Assembly (NCBI GenBank): GCA_000004985.1
Contig: GG738928.1
Reading direction: 5' to 3' (one strand)
DNA from: Naegleria gruberi
Lineage: Eukaryota
Length of the DNA: 64,000 bases
This document shows positions 54,180 to 64,000 of the stretch, piece after piece (positions within the stretch are counted from its first letter, which is position 1; every line of letters begins with the position of its first letter). The notes beneath the pieces are model-generated. The model had not been told where the DNA came from and made no database searches. It worked only from the letters and a program-made list of their open reading frames with translations. The translations under genes and the position numbers were made by a program.

Positions 54180-55502
54180 ATGGACAAACGACAAAGACAA
54201 GATTTTGAAAATCCTCAATTAATTAATTCGGAAGAGAAAGCAAAAAAGGTTGCAAAAGTCCAACAAGATGTATTTTCAGATGATATTTGTTTTGAAATAA
54301 TTTCAATGCTTGATGATTCGTGGTTTATTTTAAATACTTGTTCATTAATTTCAAAACAATTCTTTAAGGTGATCAAGGAACGTTCAAAACTTGCTATTCA
54401 ATTTCAAAAGAAATTTACAGAGAAACGAGTTAAATTATTCATGAAAAGTCAATTTATGAATAGTATTGTTAAAGTTAAATTTTCTAGTCGGTTGCTTCAA
54501 GCCATAGAAACCCCCAAATTGATAAGTGCAATGAAACAATTAACATCACTTAATATTTATGACAATGGAATTGGTGATGAAGAAATCAAATACATCAGTG
54601 AAATGAAACAATTAACATCACTTAATATTGGTTACAATAGAGTTGGGGATGAAGGAGCCAAATATTTAAGTGAAATGAAACAATTAACATCGCTTAATAT
54701 TGGTTACAATAGAGTTGGTATAGAAGGAGCCAAATATTTAAGTGAAATGGAACAATTAACATCACTTAATATTGGTTACAGTAGAATTGGTATAGAAGGA
54801 GTCAAATACATCAGTGAAATGAAACAATTAACGTCACTTAATATTTCTAAAAATGAAGTTAGCAATGAAGGAGCCAAATATTTAAGTGAAATGAAACAAT
54901 TGAGATTACTTAATATTTATCACAATGAAATTGGTGATGAAGGAGTCAAATATTTAAGTGAAATGAAACAATTAACATCACTTCATATTGGTTACAATAG
55001 AATTGGTCTAGAAGGAGTCAAATTGATAAGTGAAATGGAACAATTGACATCACTTGATATTTCTGAAAATGAAATTAGTGATGAAGGAGCAAAATATTTA
55101 AGTGAAATGGAACAATTAACATCACTTAATATTGATTACAGTAGAATTGGTCTAGAAGGGGTCAAATACATCAGTGAAATGAAGCAATTAACATCACTTA
55201 CTATTGCTTACAATAGAATTGGTATAAAAGGAGCTAAATTGATAAGTGAAATGAAACAATTGAGATTACTTGATATTTCTAACAATGAAATTAGTGATGA
55301 AGGAGCCAAATATCTAAGTGAAATGAAACAATTGATATCACTTTATATTTCTGAAATTGGAATTGGTATAAAAGGAGTCAAATACATCAGTGAAATGAAA
55401 CAATTGAGATTACTTGATATTACTCGCAATAGAATTGGAAAAGAAGGAGCTAAATTGTTAAGTGAAATGAAACAATTGACACCACTCTGTTTGGAATTGT
55501 AA
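54180..55502 (+). CDS. F-box-like + RNI-type leucine-rich repeat protein (about 14 tandem 24-aa LRRs)
   Basis: N-terminal F-box-like segment: DDICFEIISMLDDSWFILNTCSLISKQFFKVIKE. It is followed by ISEMKQLTSLNIGYNRVGDEGAKYL units repeated with an exact 72-bp DNA period (for example AGTGAAATGAAACAA at 54598 and 54670). Confidence 0.85.
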   Translation: MDKRQRQDFENPQLINSEEKAKKVAKVQQDVFSDDICFEIISMLDDSWFILNTCSLISKQFFKVIKERSKLAIQFQKKFTEKRVKLFMKSQFMNSIVKVKFSSRLLQAIETPKLISAMKQLTSLNIYDNGIGDEEIKYISEMKQLTSLNIGYNRVGDEGAKYLSEMKQLTSLNIGYNRVGIEGAKYLSEMEQLTSLNIGYSRIGIEGVKYISEMKQLTSLNISKNEVSNEGAKYLSEMKQLRLLNIYHNEIGDEGVKYLSEMKQLTSLHIGYNRIGLEGVKLISEMEQLTSLDISENEISDEGAKYLSEMEQLTSLNIDYSRIGLEGVKYISEMKQLTSLTIAYNRIGIKGAKLISEMKQLRLLDISNNEISDEGAKYLSEMKQLISLYISEIGIGIKGVKYISEMKQLRLLDITRNRIGKEGAKLLSEMKQLTPLCLEL

Positions 55503-55901
55503 AACAAATAAAACACAAATAAAAGCTTACTGATATTCTTCATCTAAAATTATGAGATAGCAACGATGCTTAGAAATCTTGAATGAACTAGAAAACTCCA
55601 AAGAAGAAACAACAAAATGAGTCTGGTAATACTTGTTTTTCTTTTCTATCGTTCTTTTGATTCAAGTTTGAGTTGAAATCTTCTATTGTTGTATGTGTTT
55701 GGATCAATTTTTGAAAGTGGCAATTCCTAAAAATATAAATAGATGAAGAATTTTGAATGGAATGAAATTGTCTCTTGGTCAATTAAAAAAAAAGAAACCT
55801 ACTGCAATAAATCCTATGATCGTCATGTACATTGATTTATTGAGCCCTCTTGTCTTTTGATAGTTATACAACATTGGCAAGAGGGCATTTGTTACAAAGT
55901 C

Positions 55902-55951
55902 NNNNNNNNNNNNNNNNNNNNNNNNNNNNNNNNNNNNNNNNNNNNNNNNNN
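55902..55951. other. Assembly gap (50 N)
   Basis: Run of 50 n, with a further single n at 55974. Confidence 0.99.
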
Positions 55952-56799
55952 CACCTAAATGGATTAGTAGTTTNTGATATGTTCAATAAAAATCAAACTT
56001 TCTACATTTTTCTTACAATATTAGACTTAATATATGGAATTTGTTAAAAGAAATAATGACTGTTTCAAATAATTGCATTCAATATTAAAATTACAATTGA
56101 AGAAATGTAAAATCACAATAAGACATTCACAATTCAAGCTCACCAACAAGTAACATTGTGAAAGTCAAAGAGAGTTGAGTTACTAATTTCCCTATTTATA
56201 AAGGTGGAAAACAAGGTTTTTAATTGATACTTAGTATCAATTTTGATATAATTTCTCACAAGTTGGAAAATTACAGTTCTATTCATCTATTTTTCTATTT
56301 ATGATACTAATATCCGGGAATGATGTATTTAAATTGTTGTACTGAAATTGGCACATAGGGTAGCTTACAATCGCTTGTAAAACATTCCACTCACTCGCAA
56401 GCAATTAAAACCAAATGAATCACTTCACAACTTTTTCAAAGAAATCAATTCAAATAAGCTCCATAATTTAAAAAACATCTTTCCTATGTGAAATTCTCCT
56501 ACTCCTAGCTCTCATAGGATGAGTTCCAATATTTGGTCAAGTGGTTGTTGTCCTTAGTGAGAAGAAGGTTATTACTAATTTAGTTTATTGGTTATTGAAA
56601 TTGTAATTTAACAATATTAAATATAAATATTATGATCTACTAAATCCACTACAAATACCAATTTTAGAATATAATTTCATTGCTCTAACCAATTATATCC
56701 ACAACCCTTACATATTGAAATAACAAATATAAACACATTTACACACATGTTAAAATAGTTCAATAATAATTTCATCATGAAAAACAATTATAGAACAAA

Positions 56800-57294
56800 T
56801 TATTTATTTTTTTTAAATAATTCTAAAATATTTTTAAAATAATAAAAAATTATTAAAATTAAATTTGGTAATAAAGATAATTTTACAAATATATTATTAT
56901 TATAAACAGTTAAAAATAATAAATTATAAACATATAAATAACTAATTAAAGTAAATAAACCAATAAATAAATTTAAAATAAATTTCTTATTAAAATAAAA
57001 AATATAAAATAATAAAATTAAAATTGAAATTATAAAATAAATAAAACTTTCAAGATGAAATTGTCTAACAAGTATTTTATCCAAACTTGGTAATAATTTT
57101 AAATTCATTGGTAATGGTTTTGTAAAATAAATTCCCAAAGTAAAAAATAAACTTGTAAAAAAGTGTAAAATCATGAATAAATATTCTTTCATTAATATTT
57201 TTGTATTTCCTATTAAAAGATATAAAAATAATGTTAAATATATTAAAATAAATGATGAAAATGTAAATATTGAAAGACTTGTTATGGAAAACAT
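56800..57294 (-). CDS. Small multi-pass membrane protein (164 aa, 4-5 hydrophobic helices), no family recognised
   Basis: ATG at 57292-57294. The frame stays open for 164 codons in sequence of roughly 10-15% GC, where TAA/TAG/TGA should occur about once per 10 codons by a rough base-composition estimate. The protein is F/L/I/Y-rich with K/N loops. Confidence 0.5.
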   Translation of the reverse strand: MFSITSLSIFTFSSFILIYLTLFLYLLIGNTKILMKEYLFMILHFFTSLFFTLGIYFTKPLPMNLKLLPSLDKILVRQFHLESFIYFIISILILLFYIFYFNKKFILNLFIGLFTLISYLYVYNLLFLTVYNNNIFVKLSLLPNLILIIFYYFKNILELFKKNK

Positions 57295-57389
57295 TTTAAA
57301 AGATTATGATAATTATATATTATTAATGATGATGATGGTAATGATGGTATGAATGATATGATAACGATGGTGATGATTGTATTTTAATA

Positions 57390-57575
57390 CTATAATAATT
57401 TAATCAGTGATGAAGTATGATGATTGTATAAATTATCTTTAGAGTCAAAGATGATATGATGTTCCGAATTTTTTTTAATATTATTTTCATCAACAATCAA
57501 ATTTTTCCATTTCATACAACAAACTTGAACCTTAATAATACTACAACAACAACTAGTGGCACAACAATCAAACAT
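57390..57575 (-). CDS. Small Cys-rich ORF (61 aa), speculative
   Basis: ATG at 57573-57575 gives MFDCCATSCCCSIIKVQVCCMKWKN.... It is short, has no recognisable family, and lies 95 nt upstream of the 56800..57294 ORF on the same strand. Confidence 0.25.
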   Translation of the reverse strand: MFDCCATSCCCSIIKVQVCCMKWKNLIVDENNIKKNSEHHIIFDSKDNLYNHHTSSLIKLL

Positions 57576-57707
57576 TCAATTTGTAATTCATTCATATTCT
57601 ATCGATTGATTGATTAATTAATTCATACTATTTTATTATCATTTTACAAATATATACTACTACTACTATATATATATTAACTTGTTTACCATATATTTCC
57701 ATTATAA

Positions 57708-59445
57708 TTAAAGATATTCTTGTAAAATAGATGGTTTAAAACGTATAACAATAACCGAAATATTATCAGTACTACCCTTATCATAGGCTAATTCACGTAA
57801 AGTAATAGAGGCTTGAACAGGATCATTTTCATATCTGACACTTGTTACAACTTCCTCCTCACTAACATAATCCCATAAACCATCACAAGCTACAACAATA
57901 AATTCATCTCTATCAAACATAAAATCCATAACCATTGTACTTGCATCTGATATAATATAGGGATGAAGTGATTTATCACCAATTGCTCTCGTAATTGCTA
58001 AACATGCATTAACACGATTACCATATATAGTACCACCTGCATCTTTAACTCTTCTACGTTCATCAATTTCACTTGGTCTATGATCAACTGTTAATCTAAT
58101 AGGTTCACCACTTCTACATAATACAATTCTAGAATCACCTACATTACCAATATAGGCTATTTTTTCATCTATATATGGTATATATATAATTGAGGCTGTA
58201 CTTCCATCTCTATCATTTCCTTTACATACATTTTCATTAATTTCTAAAAATGTTTCACGTATTAAAAGTGGAATTACTTCACGTTTTGAAAGTGAATGTA
58301 AACAAATTTCATCAATTGATTCTTCTGTTGTTTTTTGTTCTCTTTCTTTATATTTTAAATGTTCTCTCAATTTACATAATAATAAATTACTCTTTTCAAT
58401 AGCTAATTCAATCAATTCTGAATATCTCATTGTATATATTTCTTCTCTTTCTTTTTCATTTAATAATCCATAATAACTTTCTATATTTATATTATTTAAT
58501 ATTGAACTTAAATCATATGAATCATTATATCCATTCTTATGAGAATTATTAGAATTATACATATTATGAGAATGATTCATATTAGAATTATTCATATTAA
58601 CATCTAAATCTTGTAATAATTTCTTAATATCTAAAAATTGTTCATAAATATTTAATTTTTCCTTAAATAAAACATGTAAATGTTCAGAAACATATTTAGA
58701 AGTATTTGAACCAACATGTCCATCACTTGTTATCTAATTGAGCATAATCATGTTGTCTAAATGTTAATTCACATACAAGTGCATCTTCCATTGTTGATCT
58801 TCTTCCTTGTTTTTCAGCATAACCTGATAATAACCAATCATTTTCTAATAATTCAGATTGAATAGGTTCAACACGTTGTTGATTACCTTTGTTTTTTTGT
58901 GCACGTCTATCAGCCTTTCTTTGATTCCTTTGTGAAGCCATTCTTTCTATAGCTTCATAGGTTTGACTACTTGGTGATGATGATTGTAATGTTGTATTAT
59001 TACTACTAATCACTGTTATTGTTTGTGAATGTGTTGTTGTTGTTGGTGATGATGAAGAGGATGAAGAGGATGAAGAGGATGATGAAGTAGATGAAGATGA
59101 TGAGGCTACTGATGATAATGATAGATTTATATTTTTAGGCTTTGTTTTAGGTGAATCATCGGAAATTGTTGGTGAATCAATGAGTGGTGAATCACTATCC
59201 ATTAATGATGATGATGAAGAAGAAGATGAATTAGTATCAATAGTTGTAACTGATGGAGAATCATCAGTAATAATAACATTATTTGGTGATTGATCAAATA
59301 TTTCCTCATTATTATTCTTGTTATTAACTCCTTCCATTATATTAATAATGAGTGGTGATTTTGCATCGGCAGAATCTTCTATCAGTTGATTAAAATTTAA
59401 ATTAATATTATCATTGTTGGGTCCTTTCTTTTTGCTTTCATTCAT
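57708..59445 (-). CDS. PP2C-family (PPM) Ser/Thr phosphatase with long S-rich N-terminal region; exons 58777..59445 and 57708..58733, intron 58734..58776
   Basis: Motifs: GYAEKQGRRSTMEDAL, DGHVGSNTSKYVSEHL, STASIIYI, YIGNVGDSRIVLCRSGEPIRLTVDHRP, ERRRVKDAGGTI, RVNACLAITRAIGDKSLHPYIISD, DEFIVVACDGLWDYVSEEEV, GSTDNISVIVIRF. The two track ORFs are in different frames. A GTATGT..(43 nt)..AATTAG intron joins them in phase 0. Confidence 0.85.
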
Positions 59446-59564
59446 TTTTTTATTTTGAATTTAATTTTTATATTTGATTTATCTCGTTAACACAATTCGA
59501 ACAATTCTAAGTACGACGATGAGCAAATAAGAAAATCATTTTAATAAACAAAAATTGTAAAAAT

Positions 59565-61124
59565 TTACAAAGATTCATAGGCACTACCAGTAGTACTACT
59601 TGTTGGATCGACTGTAGATAATTGGAAGTACTTTCTTGCCAATTGATACCACAAAGCAATGAACATGACAAGATATGAAATCAAGTCAATTGAAAGAGAT
59701 AAACCTTCAATCCATTTAGCTCTATGTGAAACTGGAATAGCAAATGAAATTGAAACAATGAGTGGTAAACTAATGAACCATAAACTATATAATAAACCAA
59801 TAACCTTATAGAATACCTTCTTCAATTTGTTAGTTTCTTCTTGATGAGTCTTGAATAAAACAAAGATAAAGAAAGCCATAGCAGGAATTCTCATAACACT
59901 AATAATAATACCTGGAATAGTATCATAAATATAATCTTCAGTATTAACAACAAATATTAATTCAATTTGAGCCCAAGCATATAAAGCAATATAGAAAACA
60001 CCAAAGAAAATCCAAACACCAACAGTTTGTTTAAAGTAACGAATATATGAAGTAGTAATAGTCCAACCAGAAGCAAGTAAATATAACAAGACTAACATTA
60101 AAAAGTCACCTAATAATTTAAGACCAACTGCCAAATCATCAAAGAATGGAATACCAACACCATCAGCTCCATAAACAAACAAGTGAATCATTTCAACAAC
60201 TCTACCCAACCAATAAACAACTAAACTTGAATAAAAAACTCTAATAATTAAATGGAATGATTTGTGTCTAATCAATTGAACAATTGAAATAATATAAGCA
60301 AATACCATAATTGTATAAAATGGAACAAAAGCAATATGAACTTCAAGAATACCTTGTCTATCCTTAGAGAATTGCTTAGTAAAGAAACCACCTGGATTAG
60401 TCCATTTGAAATCCAATTCAATATATTCTGGACCAGAATCTGTAACTTCTCTTTCACAAGCATCCAAAGCCATATACCATGTGTGAATACTAGCTGATTC
60501 ATCAATCAAAATACTAAATTCAGGATAAGTATCAAGTGGGAATGTTTGTTTAGCAAACTTTCTCAGATGTGTGCAATTAACCTTTCCATTGTTTGAATTA
60601 ATATAATTTTGCAAGGCTGGCCAATAACCAGATTCATCATCATATAACGAAACATAGAGATTTTTAAGAGCAGTTGGATCTTGTTTCTTAATATTATTTC
60701 TATTCAATTGTTATTATTATTATTGTTATGGTGATGATAGTAAAAAGAATTATGGTCGGTGGTAAGTGTTTGATCAAAAGGAATTAGATTTTTTGATGAA
60801 CCGAGATTTATAATCGGATGATGATGATGACGATAATAATTAACATATAAATTCGAATACAGCAGAGCGGAAGGTTAAATGATGAAATAATATTAATAGT
60901 AAACATATTTGTGAGTTTAAATATACTTACAATTGCCAAGTAATATAACCTGGTTCCTTCATACCCATGTTATCAAAAACAAATGAATCCAACCAAATCC
61001 ATTGATGATTCAATGATTGTTTTTCAAAAGTAAAAGTGGTGAGTTTACCTTCAACAACACTATAAATTTGCAACAAAACCACAAGCGCTAAAAACACGCC
61101 AATAATCTTTGAGGCTGGTTTCAT
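59565..61124 (-). CDS. GPR180/TMEM145-like (GpcrRhopsn4-type) 7TM protein; exons 60931..61124 and 59565..60699, intron 60700..60930
   Basis: Signal peptide MKPASKIIGVFLALVVLLQIYSVVEG. GTAAGT donor (G at 60930) and AATAG acceptor, with the phase-2 junction in frame (...GYITWQL/NNIKKQDP...). Luminal-domain motifs: HTWYMALDACE and FSKDRQGILEVHIAF. Seven hydrophobic helices follow. I cannot exclude the related Lung-7TM (GPR107/108) family. Confidence 0.7.
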
Positions 61125-61902
61125 TTTTTTTCTAATTCACAAAGGAGGTCACACAGCAACAACTCCTCACAACAGCGCTGAAACTCACAAGTAAGCGAGA
61201 AATGGAAAGCTTATTTGTTGTTATCATTTCAAACATCAACAATATGACCTTCCGTTTACAAGATCATTTAGGAACAATATCAATGGTACATGCAATATCT
61301 TTCCTAAATGATGATAATAACAAAAGGTGTGAAAATTAAAGAATCTTTTTATCAACCATACGATAGTCGTTGATGGAATATTACAAAAATTTTTGATAAG
61401 GGGCGATATCTTGCATGTTTTGATTCCATTAAGGATACATGGAATGTTCCACATTGTTATTAAAAACAATAATTAACCAAACTTCTCAAAATATTTATAT
61501 TAACCTATATTCCTTGTAGTGTTAACAGATTTTCATTGTAGAAATCAAATAGAAATTGAATGGGGCAAAGATTCTCTCTGTTATAATAATAACTATCAAC
61601 ATCAATAGAGTACAAAACTTCATGAAATCAAATCTCCTCATGTATTCATGTAAAAATTATATATTCTCATCTCTCATAATAGTAATCATAAAGAAATCAT
61701 CTCCTCAATTCAATCATAGTCTACACTCCTCTTAAAGATAAACTTTCCCGCCAAAATCTTGTGTAGGAGTTTGATTAAAAAAAAATCTAAACATCACCTG
61801 CTCTGTTACACGTGACAGTTTTTTAATTACTACCATATCCATGTATGTGTTTTTTAAAGATATCCTATTATTTATACAATCAATATGAATAGATAACACA
61901 AA

Positions 61903-63135
61903 ATGGCTAAAAAGAAGAATAATAATAAGAATAAGAATTCAGCCTCTTCGGCAACAACACCAGTTTCACCAGTGAGTGAAGTCAGTGAGGATAATAGTAT
62001 TGAAGAAACTGTTACATCATCAACAACAATGGAAGAGGAACAAACAGTATCAACAACAACTCAAGAATCTACAATTGATGAAGCCTCCACAATAACTTCT
62101 ACCACTGAACAACAAGAAGAAGAAGAAGCCTCTGATAAAATTCAACAACCTGAAGAAGTAAATTCATCATCTACAACAACAGCCATTGTTACTGAAGGAA
62201 TACCAACAACTAACACTGTTGAAACATCTGATTCTATTACTACTACTAATACTAATACTACTACTATTGATAATAACATTCCAACAAGTAGTACAACAAC
62301 AACAACAATTGAAGAAGAAGAAGAAAAAACAAATCAAAAAAGTGAAGAAGAAATTATAACAGAAGAAATTGAAAAATTAAAAGAAGATTTAACTGATCGT
62401 GTTAAAGTAGTAAGAGAAGAATTAGAATTACAATATGAAATTGAAATTAAAAAATTACAAATTGATCATCAAGAATCTTTAAAAAAACAATTAGATTTAT
62501 ATGAAAATAAGATTAATTCACTTGTTGAAACTCATAAATATGAAATTGAACAATTAAATGCTCAATTAAAACAAAAAGATGAAGAAAATTTAAATGAATT
62601 GGAAAATATTAAATTATTAGAAATTAAATTACAAGATCAATTAAATGAAAATAATTCTAAAGATTTAATAATTAATAATTTAAATAATAATATTGAAAAT
62701 TTAAATAATAATATTAATAATTTAAAAAATGAAATTGAAATTAAAAAATCTGAATTAAAAGAAAAAAATGAAAATTCAAATGAATTAAATGAAACTATTA
62801 AAAAACATTTAGAAAAAATTCAAAATTTAGAAAGAGAAGAATTAAATTCATTACAAAAAATTAATCATTTAAATCAACAATTAAAAACAACAAGTGAAAA
62901 GAATTCTGAATATGAAAATAGAATTTTACAATTAGAAGAAGAATTAAAATCACAAAAAGAAAATGAAACAATTATTTTACATAAATATTATCATCATGCT
63001 TTATTAGCTGTAAAATTAACTTTATCAAATATTAATTTTTCAGTTCCAGATTTGTTAGATGATTGTATTAAAGAACAAGTTAAAGAAGAAGATTTAGATT
63101 CTTGGATTACAAAGAAATTAGAATTACAAAATTAA
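61903..63135 (+). CDS. Coiled-coil protein with S/T/E-rich N-terminal region, no family recognised
   Basis: 410-codon ORF from ATG 61903. Residues ~150-370 show heptad-like K/E/L/N/I repeats (EIEKLKEDLTDRVKVVREELELQYEIEIKKLQIDHQESLKKQLDLYENKINSLVETHKYEIEQLNAQLKQKDEE...). Confidence 0.7.
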   Translation: MAKKKNNNKNKNSASSATTPVSPVSEVSEDNSIEETVTSSTTMEEEQTVSTTTQESTIDEASTITSTTEQQEEEEASDKIQQPEEVNSSSTTTAIVTEGIPTTNTVETSDSITTTNTNTTTIDNNIPTSSTTTTTIEEEEEKTNQKSEEEIITEEIEKLKEDLTDRVKVVREELELQYEIEIKKLQIDHQESLKKQLDLYENKINSLVETHKYEIEQLNAQLKQKDEENLNELENIKLLEIKLQDQLNENNSKDLIINNLNNNIENLNNNINNLKNEIEIKKSELKEKNENSNELNETIKKHLEKIQNLEREELNSLQKINHLNQQLKTTSEKNSEYENRILQLEEELKSQKENETIILHKYYHHALLAVKLTLSNINFSVPDLLDDCIKEQVKEEDLDSWITKKLELQN

Positions 63136-63269
63136 ATATTTTAATATTTATAATTATAAATAAAAAAAAACAATTTAAATTATTAAATCATAATGTGTTT
63201 TAAATTGTTGTTGATGAAGAAGAATATTTCAAAAGTTTAAATTATTATTAAATAAATTATTAATCAATT

Positions 63270-64000
63270 TTATCGTTCATTTATTTGATCATCAGATTCA
63301 TAACCAGATAATTGATTTAATTGATTATTATTATTTGGAAGTATAATTTCATTTAAAATTGTATTTAATTGATATTTTAATTCATCTTTAAATTGTTGTT
63401 GATTTATAATATTTGAATTATTATTTAAATTATTATTTAAATTATTTAATTTAAATTCAATTAAATGATTTAAAATATTTTTTAAAAAAGCATGATCATT
63501 TCCATGTAAAGAAATAAATAAATTATTAAATAATTCTAATAAATTATTATTTAAATCAATATTACTATATATATTAATTAAAGTACGTAACCATAAATCT
63601 AATTCATCTTGAGATGAACAACTCCATTCACTAATTTCACCATTTATAGTTTTAATTTCAAATCTAAATTTTAAATCATTATTTTCATTTTGTAATCTTT
63701 TTATACTTGTTATACTATTTATATCTATTATATTATATTTGGAATTTGAATCATTTCTATAATATAATTTACTTCTTTTAATTTTAACTTTGGTTTTTTG
63801 ATATCCAATTCCATTTTTACGTTTTTTAAATAAATTCCTTTTAAATCATATTTAATTATATTTTCATTTTTTTTAAAATTATTAAAATTATTATTATTTA
63901 AATTATTACTATTTATATTATTATTATTTATATTAATAATTGTATTTCTTGTTTGTTGTAAATTATTATCACTAATAGTTTGTCTATGAGTATTAAATTC
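63270..64000 (-). CDS. PH-domain protein, 5'-partial (runs off window end); apparent 1-nt frameshift in a homopolymer at 63832..63837; absent from the ORF track
   Basis: Read by hand on the minus strand; the stop TAA is at 63270-63272. The frame from ~63838 down reads LFKKRKNGIGYQKTKVKIKRSKLYYRNDSNSKYNIIDINSITSIKRLQNENNDLKFRFEIKTINGEISEWSCSSQDELDLWLRTLINIY (PH-like), followed by an N/Q/L-rich tail. The upstream frame from the window end reads ...NFKKNENIIKYDLKGIYLKN and is offset by one base. One extra A in the A6 run would give KGIYLKKRKNGIGY. Confidence 0.65.

Noticed and set aside
55844-55886. A 9-bp inverted repeat GCCCTCTTG/CAAGAGGGC next to the gap, and a 10-bp-arm palindrome AATTGATACT-T-AGTATCAATT near 56230.
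   Set aside because: They are short, isolated, and in AT-rich DNA where such matches are common. I found no associated TSD or second copy.
1-64000. A prokaryote-style novel system (defence island, operon, CRISPR array, toxin-antitoxin pair, integrase-bounded island).
   Set aside because: The window is eukaryotic. It has spliceosomal introns, Pol III tRNA and 5S genes, and eukaryote-only proteins (ARPC1, VPS37, CBP20, eIF4E, WRAP53, SART3). I saw no direct-repeat/spacer architecture, no recombinase or transposase ORF, and no co-oriented gene block suggestive of an operon.

Overview
This window is eukaryotic nuclear DNA, not prokaryotic. It is AT-rich and gene-dense, with roughly one gene per 2 kb on both strands. 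I inferred 15 short GT-AG introns of 35-231 nt, mostly with GTAAGT or GTATGT donors. There are two 50-N assembly gaps (5033-5082, 55902-55951) and single Ns at 46192 and 55974, so this is draft-quality scaffold.

The F-box/LRR protein built from SEMKQLTSLNI-type repeats, the several 7TM-RGS, histidine-kinase and TKL receptor-kinase genes, and the composition match what I remember of the amoeboflagellate Naegleria (Heterolobosea). That taxon call is inference from memory only.

Note on the ORF track: it uses TTG/GTG as starts and omits open frames that lack a start codon. I therefore re-derived several starts and splice junctions, and one gene at the 3' end, by reading the sequence.

Supported content:
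- About 30 protein-coding genes.
  - Signalling: RasGEF, a GPS-7TM-RGS receptor, a second 7TM-RGS, a receptor TKL kinase, a hybrid histidine kinase, PP2C, a GPR180/TMEM145-like 7TM protein, and a Ras-like pseudo-GTPase.
  - RNA and translation: two tandem eIF4E paralogs, CBP20/NCBP2, mitochondrial-type TyrRS, WRAP53/TCAB1, and SART3/Prp24.
  - Trafficking and cytoskeleton: VPS37 and ARPC1.
  - Ubiquitin and other: an E2-LRR fusion, an H2A-like/F-box/DUF1963 fusion, a divergent ubiquitin, and a 5.6-kb mucin-like repeat gene.
- RNA genes: one tRNA-Phe(GAA), one aberrant tRNA-like CAU gene, and one solitary 5S rRNA.
- Repeats and mobile DNA: one hAT-like MITE with 8-bp target-site duplication, and a 31-bp tandem repeat.

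I found no operon-like or defence-island-like system, no CRISPR array and no transposase. The unusual items are domain architectures, a 6-nt microexon, several reading-frame breaks that may be technical, and a sharp drop in GC after about 56.6 kb, just past the second gap.
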